From contig JAJZCL010000001.1 in the NCBI GenBank assembly GCA_021846165.1, positions 1 through 52,123 on the forward strand: 52,123 nt of DNA. The letters run 5' to 3'. The position numbers and the translations under genes are program-made. Position 1 is the stretch's first letter, and the number at the start of each line of letters is the position of its first letter. Origin of the DNA: Bacillota bacterium. Its GTDB lineage: Bacteria > Bacillota > Bacilli > Alicyclobacillales > SLC66. The notes below the pieces were generated by a model. It searched no databases. It saw only the letters and a list, made by a program, of their open reading frames with translations, and had not been told where the DNA came from. Below, one piece after another: positions 18,696-27,110 of this stretch.

Positions 18696-20111
18696 TTACC
18701 GCCCTTCCACGTCGAATCCATCCAACCGCAGTCCTAATTCAGCACACTTTTTGATATATTGTATCATATTTGGCGTATACACCTCATCCGCCAGTAGCAG
18801 CGGAATCCCTGGCGGATACAGCGTGATGCCGCGAACCGCCCGTTGACCGGCAAGACCGTCCAGGTCGCGCCAATGCGTTTTACCGAATCCACGACTTGCT
18901 GGCGCGACCTCCGCAAAGCGCGGTAGCATTGCGTCCCACCCCCCAGACGACGCCGCGACCACTCTCGTCTTGCCTGCAAACTCGCGCCGAATGACCGCTA
19001 CGACCCGTGCCACATCCTTGCCGGAGTTCGCGTAGGACCACGCCAGCAGTACCCGGGCAGGATCGTACAACTCGACATATGCACCTTGCTCGCTTAAGCG
19101 CATGGCCAGTTGATCCCCTTGTATTCCCCACTCCTCCGACTCGATCGTCCACTTGAACGGATCGGTCGCAAACCCGCCAAAGTCGCTATTGACTAGCCCG
19201 TGCCAAGTCCGCGCAAGCTCCGAGCGAGCCGTTTCTAGCTCCAGCAGCGTTGCACCCAGCAACTCTTGCCCGTATGCCGCGAGCTGCGCACGCGCGGCAT
19301 CGATAGAGGCCAGCAACAGATATGAGGGGGAGCTGGTTTGCAAAACGCGCAGGTAATGCCGAATCGCTTCCCGGTTCACGGCCTGTCCGTTCACGTGCAA
19401 GATCCCCGTCTGCGTGAGCGCCGCCGTCATCTTGTGTGCGCTGTGTACCACGATGTCCGCTTTTGCGTGAACCGCCGAAACGGGTAACGACGGATGAAAC
19501 GCCAGGTGCGCTCCGTGCGCTTCATCTACGATCACCAGCTTTCCCCGGGCATGCGCCGCTTCCACAATACGAGGCAAATCCGCCACCACGCCGTAGTAAG
19601 TAGGGCTGGTCAGCACCACCGCCACCGCTTCAGGATGAGCATCCATTGTCGCCTCCAAATCCGCGGCACGAACGGCGCCCAACAACGATCCAGCACGCGC
19701 TGGCGTCACCGCAATCACACGCGCTCGCGCCAAAGCCAGCGCATGCCAAACAGACTGGTGCGCGTCGCGACCGACAATCGCCGTTTCTCCTTCCGCAACC
19801 ACACTTAGCACCGCTGCAAGGTTCCCCACGGTGCTTCCGTTCACCAAAAAAAACGCATGGTCGCTCCCCCACGCCTCTGCCGCCAAGGCCTCCGCTTGCG
19901 CAATCGCGGCATGAGGTTGATGTAAGTCGTCAAGACCGGGCAGCTCCGTTGCGTCCAAGCGCGCGATTGTGCCTGCATACTTTGCAAATTCCGCATCAAA
20001 ACCACGTCCCGCTTTATGACCTGGGACGTGTACAGAGGTTCGCTCCAGGCTTTGATGACGCTCCAGAGCCTGCAAAATCGGTATCATTCGCTGATTAAGC
20101 AATTTTTCCAT
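18696..20111 (-). CDS. yaaO: Orn/Lys/Arg decarboxylase family PLP enzyme (YaaO-like)
   Basis: 471 aa with HVPGHKAGRG, GSTVGN, and SAHKM (PLP lysine). Syntenic with tmk. Confidence 0.85.
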   Translation of the reverse strand: MEKLLNQRMIPILQALERHQSLERTSVHVPGHKAGRGFDAEFAKYAGTIARLDATELPGLDDLHQPHAAIAQAEALAAEAWGSDHAFFLVNGSTVGNLAAVLSVVAEGETAIVGRDAHQSVWHALALARARVIAVTPARAGSLLGAVRAADLEATMDAHPEAVAVVLTSPTYYGVVADLPRIVEAAHARGKLVIVDEAHGAHLAFHPSLPVSAVHAKADIVVHSAHKMTAALTQTGILHVNGQAVNREAIRHYLRVLQTSSPSYLLLASIDAARAQLAAYGQELLGATLLELETARSELARTWHGLVNSDFGGFATDPFKWTIESEEWGIQGDQLAMRLSEQGAYVELYDPARVLLAWSYANSGKDVARVVAVIRREFAGKTRVVAASSGGWDAMLPRFAEVAPASRGFGKTHWRDLDGLAGQRAVRGITLYPPGIPLLLADEVYTPNMIQYIKKCAELGLRLDGFDVEGR

Positions 20112-20129
20112 GCAGTTCAGTATAACGCA

Positions 20130-20336
20130 TTAGGGAACCATTCGCTCCATGCTAAGGTCTCGCCATAGAACGGCTAGTTTCTCTACATAATATTGATATC
20201 GTTCGTCCGCTACATCCGTGTGTACAATTTTGCGTTCACAGTCATTGCATAAAAAGTGATGCAGCAGTTGGAAACCGCGCCCCTGTGCGACCATGCGGCC
20301 ACAGATGACGCATTCTTTTCCCATATCCGATTCCAT
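20130..20336 (-). CDS. csfB: Anti-sigma-G factor Gin/CsfB
   Basis: CVICG....G......FLCNDCERKIV...V.D..Y..YV.KL shows two CxxC pairs and the length typical of Gin. ATG at 20336 follows a GGAGGGG RBS. Confidence 0.75.
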   Translation of the reverse strand: MESDMGKECVICGRMVAQGRGFQLLHHFLCNDCERKIVHTDVADERYQYYVEKLAVLWRDLSMERMVP

Positions 20337-20468
20337 CAAAGTGCAGACCCCTCCGTTCCGCTCGCGTGATGAACATTTCCAAGCTAGCAACTAGTATGGC
20401 TCGTTCCTACCCATCCTAAACCTTTTTTTGCTGTTACTCTATGTAACCACCGCTCATTCCGTGAACGC

Positions 20469-20493
20469 AAAAAAGAGTCGCATCCAGCGACTC
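20469..20493 (-). terminator. Intrinsic terminator after the DUF1641 gene
   Basis: On the minus strand: GAGUCGC-UGGAU-GCGACUC followed by UUUUUUGCG. Confidence 0.75.
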
Positions 20494-20557
20494 CCCTCGC
20501 ACTCACTTGACGCACCACAGCACCAGACTTCACGCCTTCAGGATGCATGTATCAAAA

Positions 20558-21124
20558 TTACTTCTTGGTCGAAACCTCGTTCAGATATGCGTTGGCAATC
20601 CGCAATCCCTTTTGCACAGTGGGGTCTTTCAAGAGGCGCATCAGACCAAACACGCCGAACGTGGTCGTGTCTTTTTCCGCTTTCGCCAGCGCCGTCTTCA
20701 GCATCGCGAAGTTGTCGGTCGCGCACTTTGCGACTGGCTTGGCCGCGCTTGTCACCGTGTTCACCGTAAGCGGCAACAGTTCTTTGTCGGTGATCATCGG
20801 TTCCACCAGATCCAAGCCCATTTCGAGCCAGTTCATTAACTTCACCAACATCGGCAACTTTTCCAAAAGCGCCATCGCCGCGCCAAGGTTCTCGGCACTG
20901 AGCGGTTTGGCCAATTTTGTGACAGAGTCGATCGCCATGTCGATCAACTCCTCATCTTTCGCAAGCGGCTCAACCAATGCGCCGCCCAATTCAAGCGCGG
21001 TAAACAGTTTTGCCAACATCGGCATCTTGCTCAAAACCGTAATGGTGGCAGACTGAATTTCAGGGTCGCCCATCATCTCCATCAAGGCATCCACATTTTG
21101 ATCAACCATTTGCGCATATGCCAT
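20558..21124 (-). CDS. DUF1641-like protein
   Basis: Internally repeated helical segments (LAKLFTALELGGALVEP / LVKLMNWLEMGLDLVEP) and a C-terminal FGVFGLMRLLKDPTVQKGL motif typical of DUF1641. ATG at 21124 has a GGAGGGG RBS. Confidence 0.6.
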   Translation of the reverse strand: MAYAQMVDQNVDALMEMMGDPEIQSATITVLSKMPMLAKLFTALELGGALVEPLAKDEELIDMAIDSVTKLAKPLSAENLGAAMALLEKLPMLVKLMNWLEMGLDLVEPMITDKELLPLTVNTVTSAAKPVAKCATDNFAMLKTALAKAEKDTTTFGVFGLMRLLKDPTVQKGLRIANAYLNEVSTKK

Positions 21125-21225
21125 ATATCCCGTTCCCCTCCATAGGTAAACTTGCTTCTCTATACATTTTAACATACTGGTTTGTGCTATACTACGCGCA
21201 GGATTATGGTCGGGGTGATTCAGGC

Positions 21226-22854
21226 ATGCGCGAAGATGGGGCTGGCAGGTTTGGCCGCGGCGCTTCCATTATGGTGGCCTCTGTCTTCATCTCCAAATTG
21301 CTGGGTCTCCTCGTCGTCGTGCCACTGCAAAACATCATTGGCGGGTATGCCTACGGCATATTTCGCATCGCCTACCCTCTATACACCATCATGTTGACCC
21401 TCGCGACCATCGGCTTCCCGCTCGCCTTATCCAAAACCATCAGTCAACTCTCTGCCGCCGGCAAACACCGTGAAGCATACGCGAACTTCCGTGCCATCGG
21501 ACGCTTCATGCTGATTTTCGGCGCCATCGCTTTTCTGTTGATGTGGTTCGGTGCCCCGCTCTATTTAACAGTCACACTACCGCACGACTCTAGATCATTA
21601 ATCATCGCGGCGATTCCGGCTATCCACACCTTGGCGCCGGCACTTCTGCTGTTGCCGTTGATCAGCATTGAGCGGGGGTACTTGCAGGGGTACTTGCGCC
21701 TCGAAGCGTCTGGCGCATCGCAGGTCGTCGACCAGGTTGCACGCGTGACCTTCATATTGATTGGCACCGTCATTGCCGCGCTCATGGGCGTTAACGCGTC
21801 AACCAAAGCGGCCATTGCCACATTCGGCGCTACCGTCGGGGTGTTAGGCGCATTTTTGCTGCTGCGCGTGTCCGTGCGCAAACTGCGTAAGGAAACGCTG
21901 CGCAAATCAAAGTTCTCACCGTATACGCCGCCACGCGCACAAGACGTGTTTCGACAATTGTTTGTTTACGCGCTGCCAATCGCCACAGGCACGCTCGTAT
22001 TGCCGCTCGCGCAGGCGATTGACGCATGGACGATTCCGCGGCTGCTGGTGGCAAGTGGTGCGACGATGGTCAAGGCGATCACCGATTATGGAATTTATAC
22101 GGGCGAAGCGCTGATTCTCATGCAACTCCCGCTGTCTTTTGCCAATGCGATCGGCGCATCCATCATGCCCGCCTTAACTGAGTCGCGCGCTGCGGGGGTT
22201 CCCCACGCTGTGCGGGCGCGATTAAACGCCTCCCTGAAAATGATGGCGTTTATCACCTTTCCGGCAGCCCTCACGCTCGGTCTGTTGGCCAAGCAGATCA
22301 ACATCGCCCTGTTCGCCAGTTCAAGTGGCACAGTGGCGATTGCCATTGCAGGCATCATGAGCATTTTCAGCGCACTGGAACTCGTGTCAACGTATATATT
22401 GCAGGGTTACGATCGCTTTTACCGCCCCGTCGTCCACATGTTTGTCGGACTCGCGATCAAGCTGGCGCTGAACATCCTCCTCATTCCTTTTTTTGGAATC
22501 AACGGGGCGGCAATCGCCAGCACCATCGGGTACTTGATCTCCGCATGGCTCAACATGCGCGCCGTTCGGCACTTCTCCGGGGCGCGCGTCCAGTTCCCCA
22601 AAATCGCATGGCGCGCGTTGGCAGCCTGTCTTTTTGTCGGAGCATGGTTTCTGCTTTGGCAAAAAGGCATCGCCATCTTGCAAGTATGGCAACCGCAGCT
22701 AGCGTCCATGCGCATAGTTGCGCTGCTGGAGGTGCTAGTCGCCCTTTTTGTCGGCGCACCCATTTACCTGTTCTTCGCACTGCGGTTCCGCGCCGTAAGC
22801 GGCAGTGAGCTTTCCAAATTGCCGCTCGTTGGCAAACTCCTCATTCGCACCTGA
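21226..22854 (+). CDS. MOP-superfamily flippase (MurJ / SpoVB-like polysaccharide biosynthesis protein)
   Basis: About 540 aa with at least 12 hydrophobic spans. N-terminus GASIMVASVFISKLLGLLVVVPLQNIIG..AYGIF. ATG at 21226; the track start at 21118 overlaps the divergent gene. Confidence 0.75.
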   Translation: MREDGAGRFGRGASIMVASVFISKLLGLLVVVPLQNIIGGYAYGIFRIAYPLYTIMLTLATIGFPLALSKTISQLSAAGKHREAYANFRAIGRFMLIFGAIAFLLMWFGAPLYLTVTLPHDSRSLIIAAIPAIHTLAPALLLLPLISIERGYLQGYLRLEASGASQVVDQVARVTFILIGTVIAALMGVNASTKAAIATFGATVGVLGAFLLLRVSVRKLRKETLRKSKFSPYTPPRAQDVFRQLFVYALPIATGTLVLPLAQAIDAWTIPRLLVASGATMVKAITDYGIYTGEALILMQLPLSFANAIGASIMPALTESRAAGVPHAVRARLNASLKMMAFITFPAALTLGLLAKQINIALFASSSGTVAIAIAGIMSIFSALELVSTYILQGYDRFYRPVVHMFVGLAIKLALNILLIPFFGINGAAIASTIGYLISAWLNMRAVRHFSGARVQFPKIAWRALAACLFVGAWFLLWQKGIAILQVWQPQLASMRIVALLEVLVALFVGAPIYLFFALRFRAVSGSELSKLPLVGKLLIRT

Positions 22855-22858
22855 CACG

Positions 22859-23122
22859 TCACATCACCCATTGGTGAATGGCGGCCATCGCGACAACCCC
22901 CGGCCATCCCAACACCGCCGTCACGCCGAGCGTTCCCGCGTTCACGGGAATGTGCAGTCCTGCGGTTCTCCCAAGGTAGTCGACCAACAGCAACACGCTG
23001 CCCCCGACGAACAGATTGCGGAGCAATCCGCCGAGGAAGACCCATGGTTTTTTTACAATGAAATACACGAGTACGAGCGACACGACAATCCCTACCGCAA
23101 TCAAAACCGGATACGACGTCAT
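22859..23122 (-). CDS. bofA: Pro-sigma-K processing inhibitor BofA
   Basis: 87 aa with two TM segments, ending GLHIPVN..T..V..LLG.PGV, the BofA pattern. ATG at 23122 overlaps the yaaL stop. Confidence 0.85.
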   Translation of the reverse strand: MTSYPVLIAVGIVVSLVLVYFIVKKPWVFLGGLLRNLFVGGSVLLLVDYLGRTAGLHIPVNAGTLGVTAVLGWPGVVAMAAIHQWVM

Positions 23123-23412
23123 TACATCTCCTTCCAAGAATAACGCGCCTCTGCGTCCACTTCGACCACAATAGGCACCGTCAAACGCTCCCGACGAACG
23201 ACGCGGAGCAGCCCCTCATAGCGTTTTTCGGCCGCTAATAAGAGGTAGATCGCATCGTCGACAGACTCAGGATTAGACGCTTGGTTGAAGTTTTGCATTG
23301 CAATTTGCCAGGCGACGTACGCTTCGTCCAAATCATTGATAAGTTGCTGGTGTTGCTGTTCCTCATTGCTTATTTCACGCTTACAACACGCGTTCAACCT
23401 GCCCCCCATCAC
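23122..23412 (-). CDS. yaaL: YaaL/DUF2508 family protein
   Basis: L..L..A...W..A...F......P...D.AIY.L.A.E.RY..LL. Conserved position between recR and bofA. Confidence 0.75.
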   Translation of the reverse strand: MMGGRLNACCKREISNEEQQHQQLINDLDEAYVAWQIAMQNFNQASNPESVDDAIYLLLAAEKRYEGLLRVVRRERLTVPIVVEVDAEARYSWKEM

Positions 23413-23485
23413 TCACCCTCTACCTTTCAGGCAACTTCAATCTGGTAGAGTATAGTCGAGGAGAACGTAATTTATGACTGTAGCA

Positions 23486-23500
23486 CACAAAAACGGCGCC

Positions 23501-23514
<14 letters not shown>
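23486..23514 (-). terminator. Intrinsic terminator overlapping the recR stop codon
   Basis: On the minus strand: GGCGCC-CAAUUUGA-GGCGCC followed by GUUUUUGUG. The recR stop (23501-23503) sits in the loop. Confidence 0.6.
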
Positions 23515-24102
<588 letters not shown>

Positions 24103-24103
<1 letters not shown>

Positions 24104-24414
24104 CAAAACATGCCGGGTAAATTAAGCCCTTTAGTGTATTTGCTCAAGTGGGTTTCCGTCAGCGCTTCGGCCTTGCTTTCCGCATCGCGGAGGGCTGTCA
24201 GCAATAAGTCTTCCAGCATTTCCACATCTTCGCCGTCGACAGCATCAGGGCTTATCTTCACCCGTTGAACCTTACGGTGGCCATTCATTTCGATTTGAAC
24301 CGCACCGCCGCCCGCGCTCCCCGTCACCAACATGGTTCCTAGCTCTTCCTGAGCGCGCGTCATGTCTTCTTGCAGCTTTTTAGCCTGCTTCATCAGTTGA
24401 TTCATGTTCTTCAT
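24103..24414 (-). CDS. ebfC: Nucleoid-associated protein YbaB/EbfC (YaaK)
   Basis: MKNMNQLMKQAKKLQEDMTRAQEEL......GSAGGGAV....NG......V.I is the YbaB family pattern. Confidence 0.93.
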
Positions 24415-24417
24415 TCG

Positions 24418-26166
24418 TTATCTCTCCGTTTCATCTTGCAATTCAACGCGATCCTCGCCAAACCACTCAAGCACTTGCTCCACCCACGGTTCATGCGGCG
24501 AATCGCTCTTCACGACGTCGACAGAAGAAGACTTGAACGCATCCCACTCGTCGATTCGAACCGCCCGCAACTTGATGGGCGCTCGAAAAAGCGACCGCAG
24601 CACGCCTTCGATGATATCCTTGTGCGGCGAACGCATCACCGTCTCGGCATGCACCTGTCCCTGAAAGACTGTAATCAACACGCCTTGACGGACTTCTTCG
24701 GGAGTGCCGGCAAGTAACCAGGCTCGTGTCTGGATGCTGTGTTTTTTGACTTCTTCAAGCACAGCTTGCCATTCATTTTTGATTTTCGCAAGTAGTCGCT
24801 GATCTTCAGCGCCAGGCTCCTCCCCAACCGTAATGCCACTGTGCTGACGCATGGGACGCGGACTAGGGACTGCCTTTACTGCATCCTGCCGCTCGAAACG
24901 ACTTGCTTGCGCTGAGGCCGTTTGCACGGGCGTCGCGGCAAAGCTGGACTGCGTTTGGCTATCCGCCACCTTTTGCTCAAGATCCGCAACACGCTTGGTC
25001 AACTCCCGCAAAGCCATGATCATCTCGCTAGCAGGCGCTGCCACAACGGCGTCCGCGCTGAGGCGTGGCGTGACTTCCGCCGTCGTTTCTGTCGTGACGG
25101 CAAGCAACCCCACTTCCACAAACATCCGCGCCTGCGTTTGGTAGCGTAGTTCCGCTTGCCATTTGATCAAGCGATCGACAAGCGCCAACACCGCATCGAG
25201 TGGTACACTCTGCACGACGACGGGAAATGTGGGGTCAAACCGCCCCCGATCCTGAACTTCTTCGACAGCCACTTGTTTTTTGGCCAAAATCACATCCCGA
25301 CAATACGCCAGCAAATCCACTAGCAGCATTAACGGTTCGGTGCCCTTCTGCCACAAGCCGTTCAGGTGCAGCAACAGGGACACGTGATTGCGATCCAGAA
25401 TGTGGCGCAACAACGCGCCCACCTGTTCACTCGGCACTCCCCCCGCTACCGCAGCCACTTCCTCTATGCCCATCGCGCCTCCGGAATAGGCAATCGTCTG
25501 ATCAAACAACGCCAGTGCATCCCGCAAGCCACCTTCGGCAGCGCGAGCCACGTACCAGAACGCTGGCTCTTCAACCGCAACCCCGACAGCCTCCGCCACC
25601 TTACGCAGGCGCTCAACAATGATCTCACTCGACAAGCGACCAAAGTCAAACCGTTGGCAGCGCGATGCGATCGTAGCCGGTACTTTATGGATCTCTGTGG
25701 TGGCAAGAATAAACAAGCAGTAAGACGGGGGTTCTTCAATCGTTTTCAACAGGGCGTTAAAGGCTTCCGGCGTAAGCATGTGGACTTCGTCGATGATGTA
25801 TACCTTGCGCTTGGCCTCGCTCGGCGCATACTGGACCTGCTCAAGCAGCGAGCGGATTTCGTCAATTCCGCGGTTCGAAGCTGCGTCCATTTCCACGACG
25901 TCGACGACCCTGCCTTCGAGGATGCCACGGCACGAAGGACACTCGTTGCATGGCTCAACGCCTTGAATACGCTCACAATTTACAGCTCTAGCCATGATTT
26001 TCGCCACACTCGTTTTGCCCGTACCGCGTGGCCCTGAAAAAAGATACGCATGCGCAATCCTGTCTAGCCGGATTGCATTCATCAGCGTCGTCACGATATG
26101 GCTCTGACCGACCACCTCCGCAAACGCCTGCGGTCGCCACTCGCGGTAAAGTGCCGTATACGTCAT
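24418..26166 (-). CDS. dnaX: DNA polymerase III subunits gamma/tau
   Basis: MTYTALYREWRPQAFAEVVGQSHIV..L.NAI...RIAHAYLFSGPRGTGKTS, plus the Zn module CNECPSC. ATG at 26166 has a GGGGGA RBS. The track N-terminal extension to 26232 overlaps the region just 3' of the SRP RNA hairpin. Confidence 0.95.
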   Translation of the reverse strand: MTYTALYREWRPQAFAEVVGQSHIVTTLMNAIRLDRIAHAYLFSGPRGTGKTSVAKIMARAVNCERIQGVEPCNECPSCRGILEGRVVDVVEMDAASNRGIDEIRSLLEQVQYAPSEAKRKVYIIDEVHMLTPEAFNALLKTIEEPPSYCLFILATTEIHKVPATIASRCQRFDFGRLSSEIIVERLRKVAEAVGVAVEEPAFWYVARAAEGGLRDALALFDQTIAYSGGAMGIEEVAAVAGGVPSEQVGALLRHILDRNHVSLLLHLNGLWQKGTEPLMLLVDLLAYCRDVILAKKQVAVEEVQDRGRFDPTFPVVVQSVPLDAVLALVDRLIKWQAELRYQTQARMFVEVGLLAVTTETTAEVTPRLSADAVVAAPASEMIMALRELTKRVADLEQKVADSQTQSSFAATPVQTASAQASRFERQDAVKAVPSPRPMRQHSGITVGEEPGAEDQRLLAKIKNEWQAVLEEVKKHSIQTRAWLLAGTPEEVRQGVLITVFQGQVHAETVMRSPHKDIIEGVLRSLFRAPIKLRAVRIDEWDAFKSSSVDVVKSDSPHEPWVEQVLEWFGEDRVELQDETER

Positions 26167-26285
26167 TGCTTCATTCCCCCGCTCAAAGATGGCAGCAGGA
26201 TCGAAAACGTCGTCCCAAACCCTTTTGAACACATGCGGATGTGACCGCCGAATTCGTGTATGACCGATTCCTCTCCCAACACAAT

Positions 26286-26432
26286 CGGCTGAACTCTCAG
26301 CGACACAGGGTCAGGCCAAACTGCGGCACCCGAAAGGATTCCCTTAGTGCTGCTTCCGTCAGGATCTGACACAGTTCGGGATCTCTCGTCGCGCAGAACC
26401 CAACCCACGTGTACGCTGAGACTTCAGCCGAT
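26286..26432 (-). ncRNA. ffs: Signal recognition particle RNA (4.5S/scRNA); the coordinates are the long hairpin only and the true ends are uncertain
   Basis: The minus strand contains GUGUCAGAUCCUGACGGAAGCAGCACUAAGGG...GGGUGCCGCAGUUUGGCCUGACC, which includes the domain IV GGAAGCAGC motif. The hairpin is closed by AUCGGCUGAAGUCUCAGCG pairing with CGCUGAGAGUUCAGCCGAU. Located between tRNA-Ser and dnaX, as scr is in Bacillus. Confidence 0.8.
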
Positions 26433-26439
26433 CATAAAA

Positions 26440-26529
26440 TGGCGGAGAGGGTGGGATTCGAACCCACGAGCCCCGCAAAGGGCTACTCGCTTTCGAGGCG
26501 AGCTCCTTCGACCACTCGGACACCTCTCC
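26440..26529 (-). tRNA. tRNA-Ser (anticodon CGA), CCA encoded
   Basis: Minus strand: GGAGAGGUGUCCGAGUGGUCGAAGGAGCUCGCCUCGAAAGCGAGUAGCCCUUUGCGGGGCUCGUGGGUUCGAAUCCCACCCUCUCCGCCA. It has a 7-bp acceptor stem, anticodon loop CUCGAAA, a long variable arm, and the GGUUCGAAUCC T-arm. Confidence 0.93.
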
Positions 26530-27010
26530 GCAGTTCGCGAGCATCAAGACGAGATCTTTTGTCGCGAAAGAAGTCTGCCAATATCTTAGCACACTGATCC
26601 GCCTTTATGCCAGCGGTAACTTGTGGATAATGATTGAACCCTTGAATGGCATACACATCGGCAAGCGACCCGAGCGCCCCCGACTTGGGGCTCGGTGCGC
26701 CGTAGCAAACCACCGCGATGCGACTTTGCTGGATCGCGCCTGCGCACATCAAACACGGTTCCAGCGTGACATACAGCCGGCATCCGGCAAGCCGCCAGTC
26801 TCCGCGTCGGCGGGCAGCGTCACGAATGGCAAGCACTTCCGCATGAGCCGTTGGATCATTCCAACTTTCTGCCATATTCCGTCCCAAACCCATGACGCGC
26901 CCGTTTGCGTCGACCACTACCGCGCCAATCGGCACCTCGCCCAAATCCAGCGATTGCGCGGCCTGCCCAAGCGCCAGTTCCATCGCCTGCTCATGACTTG
27001 CGACCTGCAC
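26483..27010 (-). CDS. tadA: tRNA-specific adenosine deaminase TadA
   Basis: GEVPIGAVVV, HAEV.AI, and TLEPCLMCAGAI (CDA zinc motifs). The last ~47 nt of the open frame overlap the tRNA-Ser gene. Confidence 0.9.
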   Translation of the reverse strand: MQVASHEQAMELALGQAAQSLDLGEVPIGAVVVDANGRVMGLGRNMAESWNDPTAHAEVLAIRDAARRRGDWRLAGCRLYVTLEPCLMCAGAIQQSRIAVVCYGAPSPKSGALGSLADVYAIQGFNHYPQVTAGIKADQCAKILADFFRDKRSRLDARELRRGVRVVEGARLESE

Positions 27011-27110
27011 GCATACACCCCATTCGATTATCCTGACAACAATTTACCACACTCACCAATTGGGCGCTGCTGCATAGCCTAGATCACAGAAAAGGAAGAG
27101 GTGAACAGCC

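Noticed and set aside
24418-26166. Programmed -1 frameshift site (A AAA AAG type) in dnaX as in E. coli
   Set aside because: The only A-run I noticed (GCC AAA AAA CAA near 25271-25285, minus strand) lacks the slippery heptamer and a downstream hairpin. Firmicute dnaX genes are not known to frameshift.
26163-26592. Track ORFs 26163..26408 (-), 26347..26589 (+), 26359..26592 (-) and 26409..26597 (+)
   Set aside because: They lie on the SRP RNA and tRNA-Ser genes. Structured-RNA genes often give spurious open frames.
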